Notes under the pieces: generated by a model | Told to the model about the DNA's origin: nothing | Databases searched by the model: none | The model's input: the letters and a program-made list of their open reading frames with translations, nothing else | Shown: one piece after another, positions 26,077 through 37,343 of the stretch | How positions within the stretch are numbered: the stretch's first letter is position 1 | Layout of the letters: every line of letters starts with the position of its first letter | Made by a program: the position numbers and the translations under genes | Assembly: GCF_002854065.1 (NCBI RefSeq) | Contig: NZ_CP024153.1 | Length of the DNA stretch: 64,000 bases | Direction: 5' to 3' (one strand) | Origin: Escherichia coli | GTDB lineage: Bacteria; Pseudomonadota; Gammaproteobacteria; Enterobacterales; Enterobacteriaceae

Positions 26077-26274
26077 TCAAATGACGATCCCGTTCTCGAT
26101 CTGTCCGACCAGGTCCTCGACCTCCGTCACCGTAACATCAGGATCTGCCGGTCGTCTATTGCCCAACGAGCGCGCGGGTAGATCTAGCCAGAGCCTCGCT
26201 TTTTGGGCATTCCCATCAAACAGCCGTGTCGCAAAAAATAGTTTTTGAAAATAGGTTTTTGAGTTTCCCACCAT
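26077..26274 (-). CDS. Small ORF with DUF2384-like (Xre/MbcA/ParS antitoxin-type) C-terminus
   Basis: ...ARLWLDLPARSLGNRRPADPDVTVTEVEDLVGQIENGIVI; AGGAG RBS 5 nt before the ATG at 26274. Confidence 0.3.
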   Translation of the reverse strand: MVGNSKTYFQKLFFATRLFDGNAQKARLWLDLPARSLGNRRPADPDVTVTEVEDLVGQIENGIVI

Positions 26275-26335
26275 CAACTCCTGTAAAATGACGTGATACT
26301 GGGTCGTAAATGATGATAGCTCTAACGGAGGTCGT

Positions 26336-26743
26336 ATGTCCCAGCTCAAGGACCGTCGCACCTCGATGCGGGTAACAGCCGAAAACATTGTTCTGAACAG
26401 TGGTGAATGGTTCACGCAGAATGAACTGAACAGCATCGCCACCTGTCAGCAATTCGAACTCGATGAGTGGGAGCTGTCAGGGAAAATATTTTCCATCCAT
26501 CATGACGGCACAGATTACTATCCGACATATGCGCTGGATTCGAAAGATTATCGACCGCTAGATGCAATGGCCAAAGTTATTTCCATTTTTTCTGGACACA
26601 AAAACGGTTGGGGGATGGCATTTTGGTTCATGTCGGCTAATGGTTGTCTGGGTGCCGTAACACCGAAATCTATTATTGCTACTGAACCAGAACGAGTGTT
26701 GGCCGCAGCCCGAGATGAAATTGAAGGCGTGGCCCATGGCTAA
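26336..26743 (+). CDS. Hypothetical protein, 135 aa, divergent from the 26077-26274 ORF
   Basis: GGAGG RBS; C-terminus ...AFWFMSANGCLGAVTPKSIIATEPERVLAAARDEIEGV also loosely DUF2384-like. Confidence 0.4.
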   Translation: MSQLKDRRTSMRVTAENIVLNSGEWFTQNELNSIATCQQFELDEWELSGKIFSIHHDGTDYYPTYALDSKDYRPLDAMAKVISIFSGHKNGWGMAFWFMSANGCLGAVTPKSIIATEPERVLAAARDEIEGVAHG

Positions 26744-26942
26744 CTGTGGCTGTAGGCTTTCGCATAACCAACAGTTGTTGGCACCAGTGTTCACTGCAAA
26801 CATTCGCTCGGTCCGCCCAGGTCTTCTGGTGGACAGCTCTATTTGGTAACAGGCTTTTGACCCAACAGTCCGGACACGTTTTCCAAACTCATCATCCAGT
26901 CGGCAATATCTAGACTCCTCAATTGCAGGATGTTTTCAATTT

Positions 26943-26980
26943 GGGGAGCCCGCAGAATTCGGAAAAAATCGTACGCTAAG
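26943..26980 (+). repeat. Tn1721 38-bp terminal IR
   Basis: ggggagcccgcagaattcggaaaaaatcgtacgctaag; contains the tnpA stop codon. Confidence 0.9.
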
Positions 26981-28790
26981 GTTTTCCGGGCATCCGTAAG
27001 GGCCGAAACTTCCCGTCTTCCAGTCTGCGGCTCTGCCGCCAGACGTAATCGCCGGTTAGGTTGATGTGCTCCCAGCCCAGCGGCGACAGGAATTGCAGCA
27101 GCTCGCCGTCCACCGGCTTGCCGGCCTCGACCAACCCCTGGGTGGCGCGTTCCAGGTACACCGTGTTCCACAGCACGATAGCCGCCGTCACCAGGTTGAG
27201 GCCGCTGGCCCGGTAGCGCTGCTGCTCGAAGCTCCGATCCCTGATTTCCCCAAGGCGGTTGAAGAACACCGCCCTGGCCAGCGAGTTGCGCGCCTCACCT
27301 TTGTTCAGGCCGGCATGCACGCGGCGGCGCAGTTCAACACTTTGCAGCCAGTCCAGGATGAACAGCGTGCGCTCGATCCGGCCCAGCTCGCGCAGGGCCA
27401 CGGCCAGTCCGTTCTGGCGCGGGTAGCTGCCGAGCTTGCGCAGCATCAGCGAGGCGGTGACGGTGCCCTGCTTGATCGAGCTGGCCAGGCGCAGGATGTC
27501 GTCCCAGTGGGCACGCACGTGCTTGATGTTCAGGGTGCCGCCGATCAGCGGGCGCAACGTCGGGTAGGCTTGCACGCCCTGCGGCACGTACAGCTTGGTT
27601 TCGCCGAGGTCGCGGATGCGCGGCGCGAAGCGGAAGCCTAGCAGGTGCATCAGGGCAAAGACGTGATCGGTGAAGCCGGCCGTGTCGGTGTAGTGCTCCT
27701 CGATCCGCAGGTCGGACTCGTGGTACAGCAGGCCGTCGAGCACATAGGTGGAATCGCGGACGCCGACATTCACCACGCGGGTGCTGAACGGCGCGTACTG
27801 GTCGGAGATATGGGTATAGAACAGCCGTCCCGGCTCGCTACCGTACTTCGGGTTGACGTGCCCGGTGCTCTCGCCCCGGCCACCCGCGCGGAAGCGCTGG
27901 CCATCGGAGGATGAGGTCGTGCCGTCGCCCCAGTGGGCGGCAAAGGCGTGGCGATACTGGTGGTTGACCAGCTCGGCCAAGGCCGCCGAATAGGTTTCGT
28001 CGCGGATGTGCCAGGCTTGCAGCCAGGACAGCTTGGCGTAGGTCAGGCCGGGGCTCGACTCGGCCATCTTGGTCAGCCCGAGGTTGATCGCATCACCGAG
28101 GATTGCGGACAGCAGCAACGTCCTGTCTTTGGCCTCGGCCCCGTCCTTCAAGTGGGTGAAGTGGCGGCTGAAGCCCGTCCAGTCGTCCACGTCCATCAGC
28201 AGTTCGGTGATCTTGATGCGCGGCAGTAACTGGCTGGTTTGGTCGATCAGCGCCTGCGCCCGATCCGGCACCGCCGCATCCAGCGGGGTGATTTTCAGCC
28301 CTGACTCGGTGAGGATGGCATCGGGCAGCTCGTTGTCCTTGGCCAGGCGGGTGACGGTGGCCAACTGCTCGTCCAGCAGCTGCAAACGCTCTTCCAGGTA
28401 CTGGTCGCTGTTCGGGTTGATCGCCAGGGGCAGGGCCTGCTCGCGCTTGAGTGCGGCGAACTTCTCGGCCGGCAGCAGGTAGTCGTCGAAGTCGCGGAAC
28501 TGCCGCGAGCCCTTGACCCAGATGTCGCCGGAGCGCAGGGCGTTCTTCAGCTCGGACAGGGCGCAGATTTCGTAGAATTTCCGGTCGAGGCCTTCCGGGG
28601 TGATCACCAGCGGCTTCCAGCGCGGCTTGATGAAGGCCGTGGGTGCATCGGCCGGCACCTTGCGCAGGTTGTCGGCGTTCATCTCACGCAGGGTCTGCAC
28701 GGCTGCCAGCACGCCTTGCGCGGCCGGCCCGTGCTGTTCCCCAACTTTTCGCTCGGCGAAGTGTATGAACATGCGCCGCCGGCGACGAAT
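26976..28790 (-). pseudogene. tnpA: Tn1721 tnpA 3' portion (the duplicated transposase end of the tet module)
   Basis: Tn3-family TnpA C-terminal about 590 aa ending ...RMPGKP at the IR; 5' extent uncertain. Confidence 0.8.
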
Positions 28791-29123
28791 CGCCAAATCT
28801 CACCGTATCTCCCGAGCGGACGATTTCGCACCGGTCTGCCCGTCGAAGGGCTTGCGATCGAACGGGGCGACCTTTTCTATGCATGTCCGCGAGCCAGCGT
28901 CTTTTATGGCACGGCGCTCGACGCCGACCTTCGGACGCGCGGCGTAAGCACGCTTGTCATGGCCGGGATAAGCACCACCGGCGTTGTTCTTTCAAGCGTC
29001 GCCTGGGCTAGTGATGCGGACTACGACGTGCGTTTGGTCCAGGACTGCTGCTACGACCCGGATCGGGATGCCCACGAAGCTCTGTTGCGTTCCGGGTTCG
29101 GCGGACGTGTACAGGTCGTGTAA
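28716..29123 (+). CDS. Isochorismatase-like hydrolase fragment (tentative)
   Basis: ...[35 protein letters not shown]... resembles cysteine-hydrolase fold; overlaps upstream end of tnpA remnant. Confidence 0.3.
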   Translation: MRGRPVLFPNFSLGEVYEHAPPATNRQISPYLPSGRFRTGLPVEGLAIERGDLFYACPRASVFYGTALDADLRTRGVSTLVMAGISTTGVVLSSVAWASDADYDVRLVQDCCYDPDRDAHEALLRSGFGGRVQVV

Positions 29124-29260
29124 TTTTCGGGCCTCGCATGATCGCGGCCATAGCCGCAGGTGGATTGGTGCGAGGCAGGGCCAGTCCAAGTCAGGGTGCG
29201 GTCATCGCGGCGCCTGCAACTCTCAAAAACCCATCGCCGTAGCGGAGGTCTTGTAATCGC

Positions 29261-30145
29261 ATGTCATTACGCACACCCGATTTATTGTTCACAGCGATAG
29301 CACCTGCCATTTGGGGCAGCACCTACATTGTCACCACCCAATACCTGCCGAACTTCTCACCGATGACGGTCGCGATGCTGCGGGCGTTGCCGGCGGGTTT
29401 ATTGCTCGTGATGATCGTCCGACAGATTCCAACGGGAATCTGGTGGATGCGCATCTTCATCCTCGGCGCACTTAATATTTCGCTATTCTGGAGCTTGTTG
29501 TTTATTTCGGTCTACCGCCTGCCGGGCGGGGTCGCGGCGACGGTAGGCGCTGTGCAGCCGCTGATGGTCGTGTTCATCTCTGCCGCTCTGCTAGGTAGCC
29601 CGATACGATTGATGGCGGTCCTGGGGGCTATTTGCGGAACTGCGGGCGTGGCGCTGTTGGTGTTGACACCAAACGCAGCGCTAGATCCTGTCGGCGTCGC
29701 AGCGGGCCTGGCGGGGGCGGTTTCCATGGCGTTCGGAACCGTGCTGACCCGCAAGTGGCAACCTCCCGTGCCTCTGCTCACCTTTACCGCCTGGCAACTG
29801 GCGGCCGGAGGACTTCTGCTCGTTCCAGTAGCTTTAGTGTTTGATCCGCCAATCCCGATGCCTACAGGAACCAATGTTCTCGGCCTGGCGTGGCTCGGCC
29901 TGATCGGAGCGGGTTTAACCTACTTCCTTTGGTTCCGGGGGATCTCGCGACTCGAACCTACAGTTGTTTCCTTACTGGGCTTTCTCAGCCCGGGGACCGC
30001 CGTGTTGCTAGGATGGTTGTTCTTGGATCAGACGCTGAGTGCGCTTCAAATCATCGGCGTCCTGCTCGTGATCGGGAGTATCTGGCTGGGCCAACGTTCC
30101 AACCGCACTCCTAGGGCGCGTATAGCTTGCCGGAAGTCGCCTTGA
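29261..30145 (+). CDS. pecM: PecM-like EamA-family transporter (Tn1721)
   Basis: 294-aa 10-TM EamA protein located between tnpA remnant and tetA, as in Tn1721. Confidence 0.8.
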   Translation: MSLRTPDLLFTAIAPAIWGSTYIVTTQYLPNFSPMTVAMLRALPAGLLLVMIVRQIPTGIWWMRIFILGALNISLFWSLLFISVYRLPGGVAATVGAVQPLMVVFISAALLGSPIRLMAVLGAICGTAGVALLVLTPNAALDPVGVAAGLAGAVSMAFGTVLTRKWQPPVPLLTFTAWQLAAGGLLLVPVALVFDPPIPMPTGTNVLGLAWLGLIGAGLTYFLWFRGISRLEPTVVSLLGFLSPGTAVLLGWLFLDQTLSALQIIGVLLVIGSIWLGQRSNRTPRARIACRKSP

Positions 30146-30176
30146 CCCGCATGGCATAGGCCTATCGTTTCCACGA

Positions 30177-31376
30177 TCAGCGATCGGCTCGTTGCCCTGC
30201 GCCGCTCCAAAGCCCGCGACGCAGCGCCGGCAGGCAGAGCAAGTAGAGGGCAGCGCCTGCAATCCATGCCCACCCGTTCCACGTTGTTATAGAAGCCGCA
30301 TAGATCGCCGTGAAGAGGAGGGGTCCGACGATCGAGGTCAGGCTGGTGAGCGCCGCCAGTGAGCCTTGCAGCTGCCCCTGACGTTCCTCATCCACCTGCC
30401 TGGACAACATTGCTTGCAGCGCCGGCATTCCGATGCCACCCGAAGCAAGCAGGACCATGATCGGGAACGCCATCCATCCCCGTGTCGCGAAGGCAAGCAG
30501 GATGTAGCCTGTGCCGTCGGCAATCATTCCGAGCATGAGTGCCCGCCTTTCGCCGAGCCGGGCGGCTACAGGGCCGGTGATCATTGCCTGGGCGAGTGAA
30601 TGCAGAATGCCAAATGCGGCAAGCGAAATGCCGATCGTGGTCGCGTCCCAGTGAAAGCGATCCTCGCCGAAAATGACCCAAAGCGCGGCCGGCACCTGTC
30701 CGACAAGTTGCATGATGAAGAAGACCGCCATCAGGGCGGCGACGACGGTCATGCCCCGGGCCCACCGGAACGAAGCGAGCGGGTTGAGAGCCTCCCGGCG
30801 TAACGGCCGGCGTTCGCCTTTGTGCGACTCCGGCAAAAGGAAACAGCCCGTCAGGAAATTGAGGCCGTTCAAGGCTGCCGCGGCGAAGAACGGAGCGTGG
30901 GGGGAGAAACCGCCCATCAGCCCACCGAGCACAGGTCCCGCGACCATCCCGAACCCGAAACAGGCGCTCATGAAGCCGAAGTGCCGCGCGCGCTCATCGC
31001 CATCAGTGATATCGGCAATATAAGCGCCGGCTACCGCCCCAGTCGCCCCGGTGATGCCGGCCACGATCCGCCCGATATAGAGAACCCAAAGGAAAGGCGT
31101 CGTCGCCATGATGGCGTAGTCGACAGCAGCGCCGGCCAGCGAGACGAGCAAGACCGGCCGCCGCCCGAAACGATCCGACAGCGCGCCCAGCACAGGTGCG
31201 CAGGCAAATTGCATCAACGCATACAGCGCCAGCAGAATGCCATAGTGGGCGGTGACGTCGTTCGAGTGAACCAGATCGCGCAGGAGGCCCGGCAGCACCG
31301 GCATAATCAGGCCGATGCCGACAGCGTCGAGCGCGACAGTGCTCAGAATTACGATCAGGGGTCTGTTGGGTTTCAC
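30177..31376 (-). CDS. tet(A): TetA(A) tetracycline efflux MFS pump
   Basis: (V)KPNRPLIVILSTVALDAVGIGLIMPVLPGLLRD...; 399 aa from GTG; divergent from tetR. Confidence 0.95.
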   Translation of the reverse strand: MKPNRPLIVILSTVALDAVGIGLIMPVLPGLLRDLVHSNDVTAHYGILLALYALMQFACAPVLGALSDRFGRRPVLLVSLAGAAVDYAIMATTPFLWVLYIGRIVAGITGATGAVAGAYIADITDGDERARHFGFMSACFGFGMVAGPVLGGLMGGFSPHAPFFAAAALNGLNFLTGCFLLPESHKGERRPLRREALNPLASFRWARGMTVVAALMAVFFIMQLVGQVPAALWVIFGEDRFHWDATTIGISLAAFGILHSLAQAMITGPVAARLGERRALMLGMIADGTGYILLAFATRGWMAFPIMVLLASGGIGMPALQAMLSRQVDEERQGQLQGSLAALTSLTSIVGPLLFTAIYAASITTWNGWAWIAGAALYLLCLPALRRGLWSGAGQRADR

Positions 31377-31399
31377 GTCTGGCCTCCGGACCAGCCTCC

Positions 31400-31481
31400 G
31401 CTGGTCCGATTGAACGCGCGGATTCTTTATCACTGATAAGTTGGTGGACATATTATGTTTATCAGTGATAAAGTGTCAAGC
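31400..31481. promoter_or_regulatory. tetA/tetR divergent promoter with tet operators
   Basis: Palindromic ctttatcactgataag and tttatcagtgataaag TetR operator sequences. Confidence 0.8.
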
Positions 31482-32132
31482 ATGACAAAGTTGCAGCCGA
31501 ATACAGTGATCCGTGCCGCCCTGGACCTGTTGAACGAGGTCGGCGTAGACGGTCTGACGACACGCAAACTGGCGGAACGGTTGGGGGTTCAGCAGCCGGC
31601 GCTTTACTGGCACTTCAGGAACAAGCGGGCGCTGCTCGACGCACTGGCCGAAGCCATGCTGGCGGAGAATCATACGCATTCGGTGCCGAGAGCCGACGAC
31701 GACTGGCGCTCATTTCTGATCGGGAATGCCCGCAGCTTCAGGCAGGCGCTGCTCGCCTACCGCGATGGCGCGCGCATCCATGCCGGCACGCGACCGGGCG
31801 CACCGCAGATGGAAACGGCCGACGCGCAGCTTCGCTTCCTCTGCGAGGCGGGTTTTTCGGCCGGGGACGCCGTCAATGCGCTGATGACAATCAGCTACTT
31901 CACTGTTGGGGCCGTGCTTGAGGAGCAGGCCGGCGACAGCGATGCCGGCGAGCGCGGCGGCACCGTTGAACAGGCTCCGCTCTCGCCGCTGTTGCGGGCC
32001 GCGATAGACGCCTTCGACGAAGCCGATCCGGACGCAGCGTTCGAGCAGGGACTCGCGGTGATTGTCGATGGATTGGCGAAAAGGAGGCTCGTTGTCAGGA
32101 ACGTTGAAGGACCGAGAAAGGGTGACGATTGA
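31482..32132 (+). CDS. tetR(A): TetR(A) repressor
   Basis: MTKLQPNTVIRAALDLLNEVGVDGLTTRKLAERLGVQQPALYWHF...; 216 aa. Confidence 0.95.
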   Translation: MTKLQPNTVIRAALDLLNEVGVDGLTTRKLAERLGVQQPALYWHFRNKRALLDALAEAMLAENHTHSVPRADDDWRSFLIGNARSFRQALLAYRDGARIHAGTRPGAPQMETADAQLRFLCEAGFSAGDAVNALMTISYFTVGAVLEEQAGDSDAGERGGTVEQAPLSPLLRAAIDAFDEADPDAAFEQGLAVIVDGLAKRRLVVRNVEGPRKGDD

Positions 32133-32430
32133 TCAGGACCGCTGCCGGAGCGCAACCCACTCACTACAGCAGAGCCATGTAGACAACATCCCCTCCCCCT
32201 TTCCACCGCGTCAGACGCCCGTAGCAGCCCGCTACGGGCTTTTTCATGCCCTGCCCTAGCGTCCAAGCCTCACGGCCGCGCTCGGCCTCTCTGGCGGCCT
32301 TCTGGCGCTCCTGCTGCGGCGTCCGCTCGTGGGCCGTGGCGCGGGTCCGCGCGCCGGCCTCGTGCGCCTGGCGCTCGCGGGCGAGGTCCAGGGCGGCCGT
32401 CTTCACGTTCTGCCTTGCGCAGATGAGATA

Positions 32431-32468
32431 GGGGAGCCCGCAGAATTCGGAAAAAATCGTACGCTAAG
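32431..32468 (+). repeat. Tn1721 38-bp terminal IR (second copy)
   Basis: Identical to 26943-26980. Confidence 0.9.
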
Positions 32469-33980
32469 GTTTTCCGGGCATCCGTAAGGGCCGAAACTTC
32501 CCGTCTTCCAGTCTGCGGCTCTGCCGCCAGACGTAATCGCCGGTTAGGTTGATGTGCTCCCAGCCCAGCGGCGACAGGAATTGCAGCAGCTCGCCGTCCA
32601 CCGGCTTGCCGGCCTCGACCAACCCCTGGGTGGCGCGTTCCAGGTACACCGTGTTCCACAGCACGATAGCCGCCGTCACCAGGTTGAGGCCGCTGGCCCG
32701 GTAGCGCTGCTGCTCGAAGCTCCGATCCCTGATTTCCCCAAGGCGGTTGAAGAACACCGCCCTGGCCAGCGAGTTGCGCGCCTCACCTTTGTTCAGGCCG
32801 GCATGCACGCGGCGGCGCAGTTCAACACTTTGCAGCCAGTCCAGGATGAACAGCGTGCGCTCGATCCGGCCCAGCTCGCGCAGGGCCACGGCCAGTCCGT
32901 TCTGGCGCGGGTAGCTGCCGAGCTTGCGCAGCATCAGCGAGGCGGTGACGGTGCCCTGCTTGATCGAGCTGGCCAGGCGCAGGATGTCGTCCCAGTGGGC
33001 ACGCACGTGCTTGATGTTCAGGGTGCCGCCGATCAGCGGGCGCAACGTCGGGTAGGCTTGCACGCCCTGCGGCACGTACAGCTTGGTTTCGCCGAGGTCG
33101 CGGATGCGCGGCGCGAAGCGGAAGCCTAGCAGGTGCATCAGGGCAAAGACGTGATCGGTGAAGCCGGCCGTGTCGGTGTAGTGCTCCTCGATCCGCAGGT
33201 CGGACTCGTGGTACAGCAGGCCGTCGAGCACATAGGTGGAATCGCGGACGCCGACATTCACCACGCGGGTGCTGAACGGCGCGTACTGGTCGGAGATATG
33301 GGTATAGAACAGCCGTCCCGGCTCGCTACCGTACTTCGGGTTGACGTGCCCGGTGCTCTCGCCCCGGCCACCCGCGCGGAAGCGCTGGCCATCGGAGGAT
33401 GAGGTCGTGCCGTCGCCCCAGTGGGCGGCAAAGGCGTGGCGATACTGGTGGTTGACCAGCTCGGCCAAGGCCGCCGAATAGGTTTCGTCGCGGATGTGCC
33501 AGGCTTGCAGCCAGGACAGCTTGGCGTAGGTCAGGCCGGGGCTCGACTCGGCCATCTTGGTCAGCCCGAGGTTGATCGCATCACCGAGGATTGCGGACAG
33601 CAGCAACGTCCTGTCTTTGGCCTCGGCCCCGTCCTTCAAGTGGGTGAAGTGGCGGCTGAAGCCCGTCCAGTCGTCCACGTCCATCAGCAGTTCGGTGATC
33701 TTGATGCGCGGCAGTAACTGGCTGGTTTGGTCGATCAGCGCCTGCGCCCGATCCGGCACCGCCGCATCCAGCGGGGTGATTTTCAGCCCTGACTCGGTGA
33801 GGATGGCATCGGGCAGCTCGTTGTCCTTGGCCAGGCGGGTGACGGTGGCCAACTGCTCGTCCAGCAGCTGCAAACGCTCTTCCAGGTACTGGTCGCTGTT
33901 CGGGTTGATCGCCAGGGGCAGGGCCTGCTCGCGCTTGAGTGCGGCGAACTTCTCGGCCGGCAGCAGGTAGTCGTCGAAGT
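32464..33980 (-). pseudogene. tnpA: Tn1721 tnpA, 5'-truncated by IS26
   Basis: Identical to 26976-28490 region; frame fuses to the IS26 left IR at 33981. Confidence 0.85.
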
Positions 33981-34800
33981 GGCACTGTTGCAAATAGTCG
34001 GTGGTGATAAACTTATCATCCCCTTTTGCTGATGGAGCTGCACATGAACCCATTCAAAGGCCGGCATTTTCAGCGTGACATCATTCTGTGGGCCGTACGC
34101 TGGTACTGCAAATACGGCATCAGTTACCGTGAGCTGCAGGAGATGCTGGCTGAACGCGGAGTGAATGTCGATCACTCCACGATTTACCGCTGGGTTCAGC
34201 GTTATGCGCCTGAAATGGAAAAACGGCTGCGCTGGTACTGGCGTAACCCTTCCGATCTTTGCCCGTGGCACATGGATGAAACCTACGTGAAGGTCAATGG
34301 CCGCTGGGCGTATCTGTACCGGGCCGTCGACAGCCGGGGCCGCACTGTCGATTTTTATCTCTCCTCCCGTCGTAACAGCAAAGCTGCATACCGGTTTCTG
34401 GGTAAAATCCTCAACAACGTGAAGAAGTGGCAGATCCCGCGATTCATCAACACGGATAAAGCGCCCGCCTATGGTCGCGCGCTTGCTCTGCTCAAACGCG
34501 AAGGCCGGTGCCCGTCTGACGTTGAACACCGACAGATTAAGTACCGGAACAACGTGATTGAATGCGATCATGGCAAACTGAAACGGATAATCGGCGCCAC
34601 GCTGGGATTTAAATCCATGAAGACGGCTTACGCCACCATCAAAGGTATTGAGGTGATGCGTGCACTACGCAAAGGCCAGGCCTCAGCATTTTATTATGGT
34701 GATCCCCTGGGCGAAATGCGCCTGGTAAGCAGAGTTTTTGAAATGTAAGGCCTTTGAATAAGACAAAAGGCTGCCTCATCGCTAACTTTGCAACAGTGCC
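33981..34800 (+). mobile_element. IS26 copy B
   Basis: 820 bp; tnp26 34044-34748 (G184). Confidence 0.95.
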
Positions 34801-35254
34801 ATTTTTCCCGATTCGACTTATTCGGGCGCTCCCCTGGCTCAAATGTGATTTCTCCATCCTCAACAGAGATCCCAGCCAGCCCCATGATAGAAAGATCCCC
34901 GGCCATTTCATCGGTGGTGCCGTTGGCGATTGCTGCCATCAGCTTTTCACGACTGGGGAAGCGATCCATCCAACTGATCCGATAGTCATCCGTCATCAGG
35001 CTTTCATATGCTTCCAAGAAGCGCCCGCCCTCAATGGCATAATCCGCCATCTTGTCGCCGGTTCGTGCTCCACCAGGTGCGCCGGTGCTGCTTGGCATTA
35101 GTCCGATAGCTTCCATGAAGTCGGCCCATTCCTTGTTGTGATAGCCACGCCGCCCAGGCTTGCCGAAATGGTGCTGCCATAGGTGGCACATTTCGTGGCA
35201 AAGCGTTTGCATAATTTCTTCGGGGGGGCATACGGCGAAGTAAGCCGGATTCAT
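34801..35254 (-). pseudogene. SprT-like zinc metalloprotease-domain protein, 3'-truncated by IS26
   Basis: MNPAYFAVCPPEEIMQTLCHEMCHLWQHH... HExxH; ORF runs into the IS26 right end without a stop. Confidence 0.6.
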
Positions 35255-35636
35255 GGCGATTTCGTCCGTCCGGGTTCCTTGGGAGTTAACGAACCTCTCC
35301 GGGCTGAAATAGCCATAGGTTTGTTTTTCTCGTTGGAGGTGTAGGAGAGGAATAAAGTTTCATACTAAGCAGTCAAGTAACCCTGTTTGTACCGTTCTAA
35401 ATGATACTCACCCAGAAATAAAGATTCATACTAATTCCTACTACAAAATCTGAGTCACGCTACAACTGAGTAATAAAGTATCATACTGGTTGTCTTGAGC
35501 ATCCACAGATTGATTGGCCCCATTCAAACACGTTTCTGGACAAGAATGAGCTAGAAGTATTGATCTAGCTCTGGTGATTTGAATTAGAAAATGTATTAAT
35601 GTTGTGTATAGTTTATCAGCAGGTATTCGTAAGCAT

Positions 35637-36293
35637 CTAGTCAGGAAAAACAACAATACCCAACGCTTCGAGAAGCTGTTCTTGTTGCCAGCTGGCAATT
35701 TTGATACCTGATGTATCGACTTTTCGAGGATCTAAACCGTCGAGTTCGGCGTGACATAAATTAGCACCCTGTAGGCTAAACTGTCCCCAGACATCTTCAG
35801 AAAAAACACCTCGACTTAAGTCTGACTCTTTCAGTGATGCGCCCGCGAGGTGAGTCCCTATCCAGCGATTTTCAAACAGCTCACATTTTTCTAAACAGAC
35901 CCGCTCCATATTGGCATAAGACAGGTTACATCCAGTAATAAAGGCTGAGCAAAAGTACATACGATTACTCACTTGATTGGCAAAGTTTGCTCGGGAAAAG
36001 TTGGCCCCTTTTAAATCACACTCACGTAACTCAATACCGTAGCAATTGGCGTTACTAAAGTTTGCCATCGCAAGCTGGCATTGTTGGAAACTTGCATCGC
36101 GAAGGTCTGCGACATCAAAATGGCAACCTTCGATATCACCCTGTTCAATGAACTTGCAGTTAATAAATGTCGCATCACGCAAGTTAGCACGTCGAAAATC
36201 GCATCGGATAAAGGTGCAAGCAGTGAAAGTAATATCACTTAGATCTTGATGTGAAAAACTGTGGTGTCGATATGTGTGACGGTAGGTTTCCAT
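35637..36293 (-). CDS. qnrS: QnrS-family pentapeptide-repeat quinolone-resistance protein
   Basis: 218 aa METYRHTYRHHSFSHQDLSDITFTACTFIRCDFRRANLRD...; pentapeptide repeats; allele not determined. Confidence 0.9.
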   Translation of the reverse strand: METYRHTYRHHSFSHQDLSDITFTACTFIRCDFRRANLRDATFINCKFIEQGDIEGCHFDVADLRDASFQQCQLAMANFSNANCYGIELRECDLKGANFSRANFANQVSNRMYFCSAFITGCNLSYANMERVCLEKCELFENRWIGTHLAGASLKESDLSRGVFSEDVWGQFSLQGANLCHAELDGLDPRKVDTSGIKIASWQQEQLLEALGIVVFPD

Positions 36294-36460
36294 GTTGACT
36301 CCTATGATGAACTGGACGCAACACTACCATCAAAGCCACATCACATCACCAAAATAAAAACACTAAAAATCAAGATCTTAAAAACCCTCATTTTGCCTAT
36401 TTTAAGGGGGTAAAATAGCGCCCTGAGCCTCTATGTTAACGTTCAAAGTACGCGGCACCA

Positions 36461-37093
36461 TTGAAAAAAGTTATCCGCTTAAAAAGCCACAGAGAAAAGG
36501 AACCCAATAGATTACTGATGTCCGCCATGTTGGTTTCATCTAGTGCCCTGCTCCGTGTATTGGATTGCACAATCTATAACCATTATGCGGCAGCCTTTTG
36601 GATTGCACAATCCAAAGTTAGGGGAAGCCGACGAGCCAGGGAGCCCCGCGACCTGGTGAGCCTGGCCGAAGGCCAAAAGCCACTGCAAAACCGAAAAATT
36701 TCGTACGTACGAAAAAACATGGGGGGGTTAGAACTAGGGCAGGAAGAAGGTACATTACATAAATTAGCAAGTAGGTTAGGAATTTCATATCCCACCGCCG
36801 TTAGTTGGACTACCGACATAGGAATAAAGCTAAATCGGCAAGGCTATAATAGCCCCTCTCACGACTTTACAAATCTACAATGCCGCCATGCCAGGGAATT
36901 TCTAAAAATGACCAGGGATGATTTCTGCTCGTTATCCAAAGTAAGCAAAACAGCTCTAAGGGAATTTGAATTAGGGAAGGCCAATATCAGGAGAGAGACG
37001 GCTAATAAAATATTGGCCGCTTTTGAGGTGATGGGGATCAGGTTCAATGCTGATGGCACCTTTTCACATGGCCAAAGCACCCCCCGCGATTGA
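36461..37093 (+). CDS. Hypothetical HTH-type protein
   Basis: 210-aa ORF; C-terminal LSKVSKTALREFELGKANIRRETANKILAAFEVMGIRF resembles an XRE-type HTH; true start uncertain. Confidence 0.35.
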   Translation: MKKVIRLKSHREKEPNRLLMSAMLVSSSALLRVLDCTIYNHYAAAFWIAQSKVRGSRRAREPRDLVSLAEGQKPLQNRKISYVRKNMGGLELGQEEGTLHKLASRLGISYPTAVSWTTDIGIKLNRQGYNSPSHDFTNLQCRHAREFLKMTRDDFCSLSKVSKTALREFELGKANIRRETANKILAAFEVMGIRFNADGTFSHGQSTPRD

Positions 37094-37159
37094 CTGCGCA
37101 ACCTGCTTTTTTATGTTAAATGGCAGTGCGAGAAGTGAGCTATGATGCGGCTTTCAGCT

Positions 37160-37343
37160 AGGTATCAGATGGCGACAATCTCGCCAATGCTGCGTTTAAA
37201 GTCGGCCTAGACACACCAAAGTGTTTTGCAACTTCAGCTTTCGTTATCTCTACATCCGACAGCATGGCCCTTGCCTTCCTGGCGTCTTCATCTGACATGG
37301 CCAAGGGTCGCCCACCGCGTCGCCCTCTTGCCCTTGCTGCCTC
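37160..37343 (-). pseudogene. tnpR: Serine recombinase (resolvase) C-terminal fragment, truncated by IS26
   Basis: ...GRRGGRPLAMSDEDARKARAMLSDVEITKAEVAKHFGVSRPTLNAALARL* (C-terminal HTH of a resolvase). Confidence 0.6.

Noticed and set aside
27066-28482. Plus-strand ORFs (up to 191 aa) inside Tn1721 tnpA, duplicated at 32554-33970
   Set aside because: Antisense to the transposase frame and duplicated only because the tnpA segment itself is duplicated.
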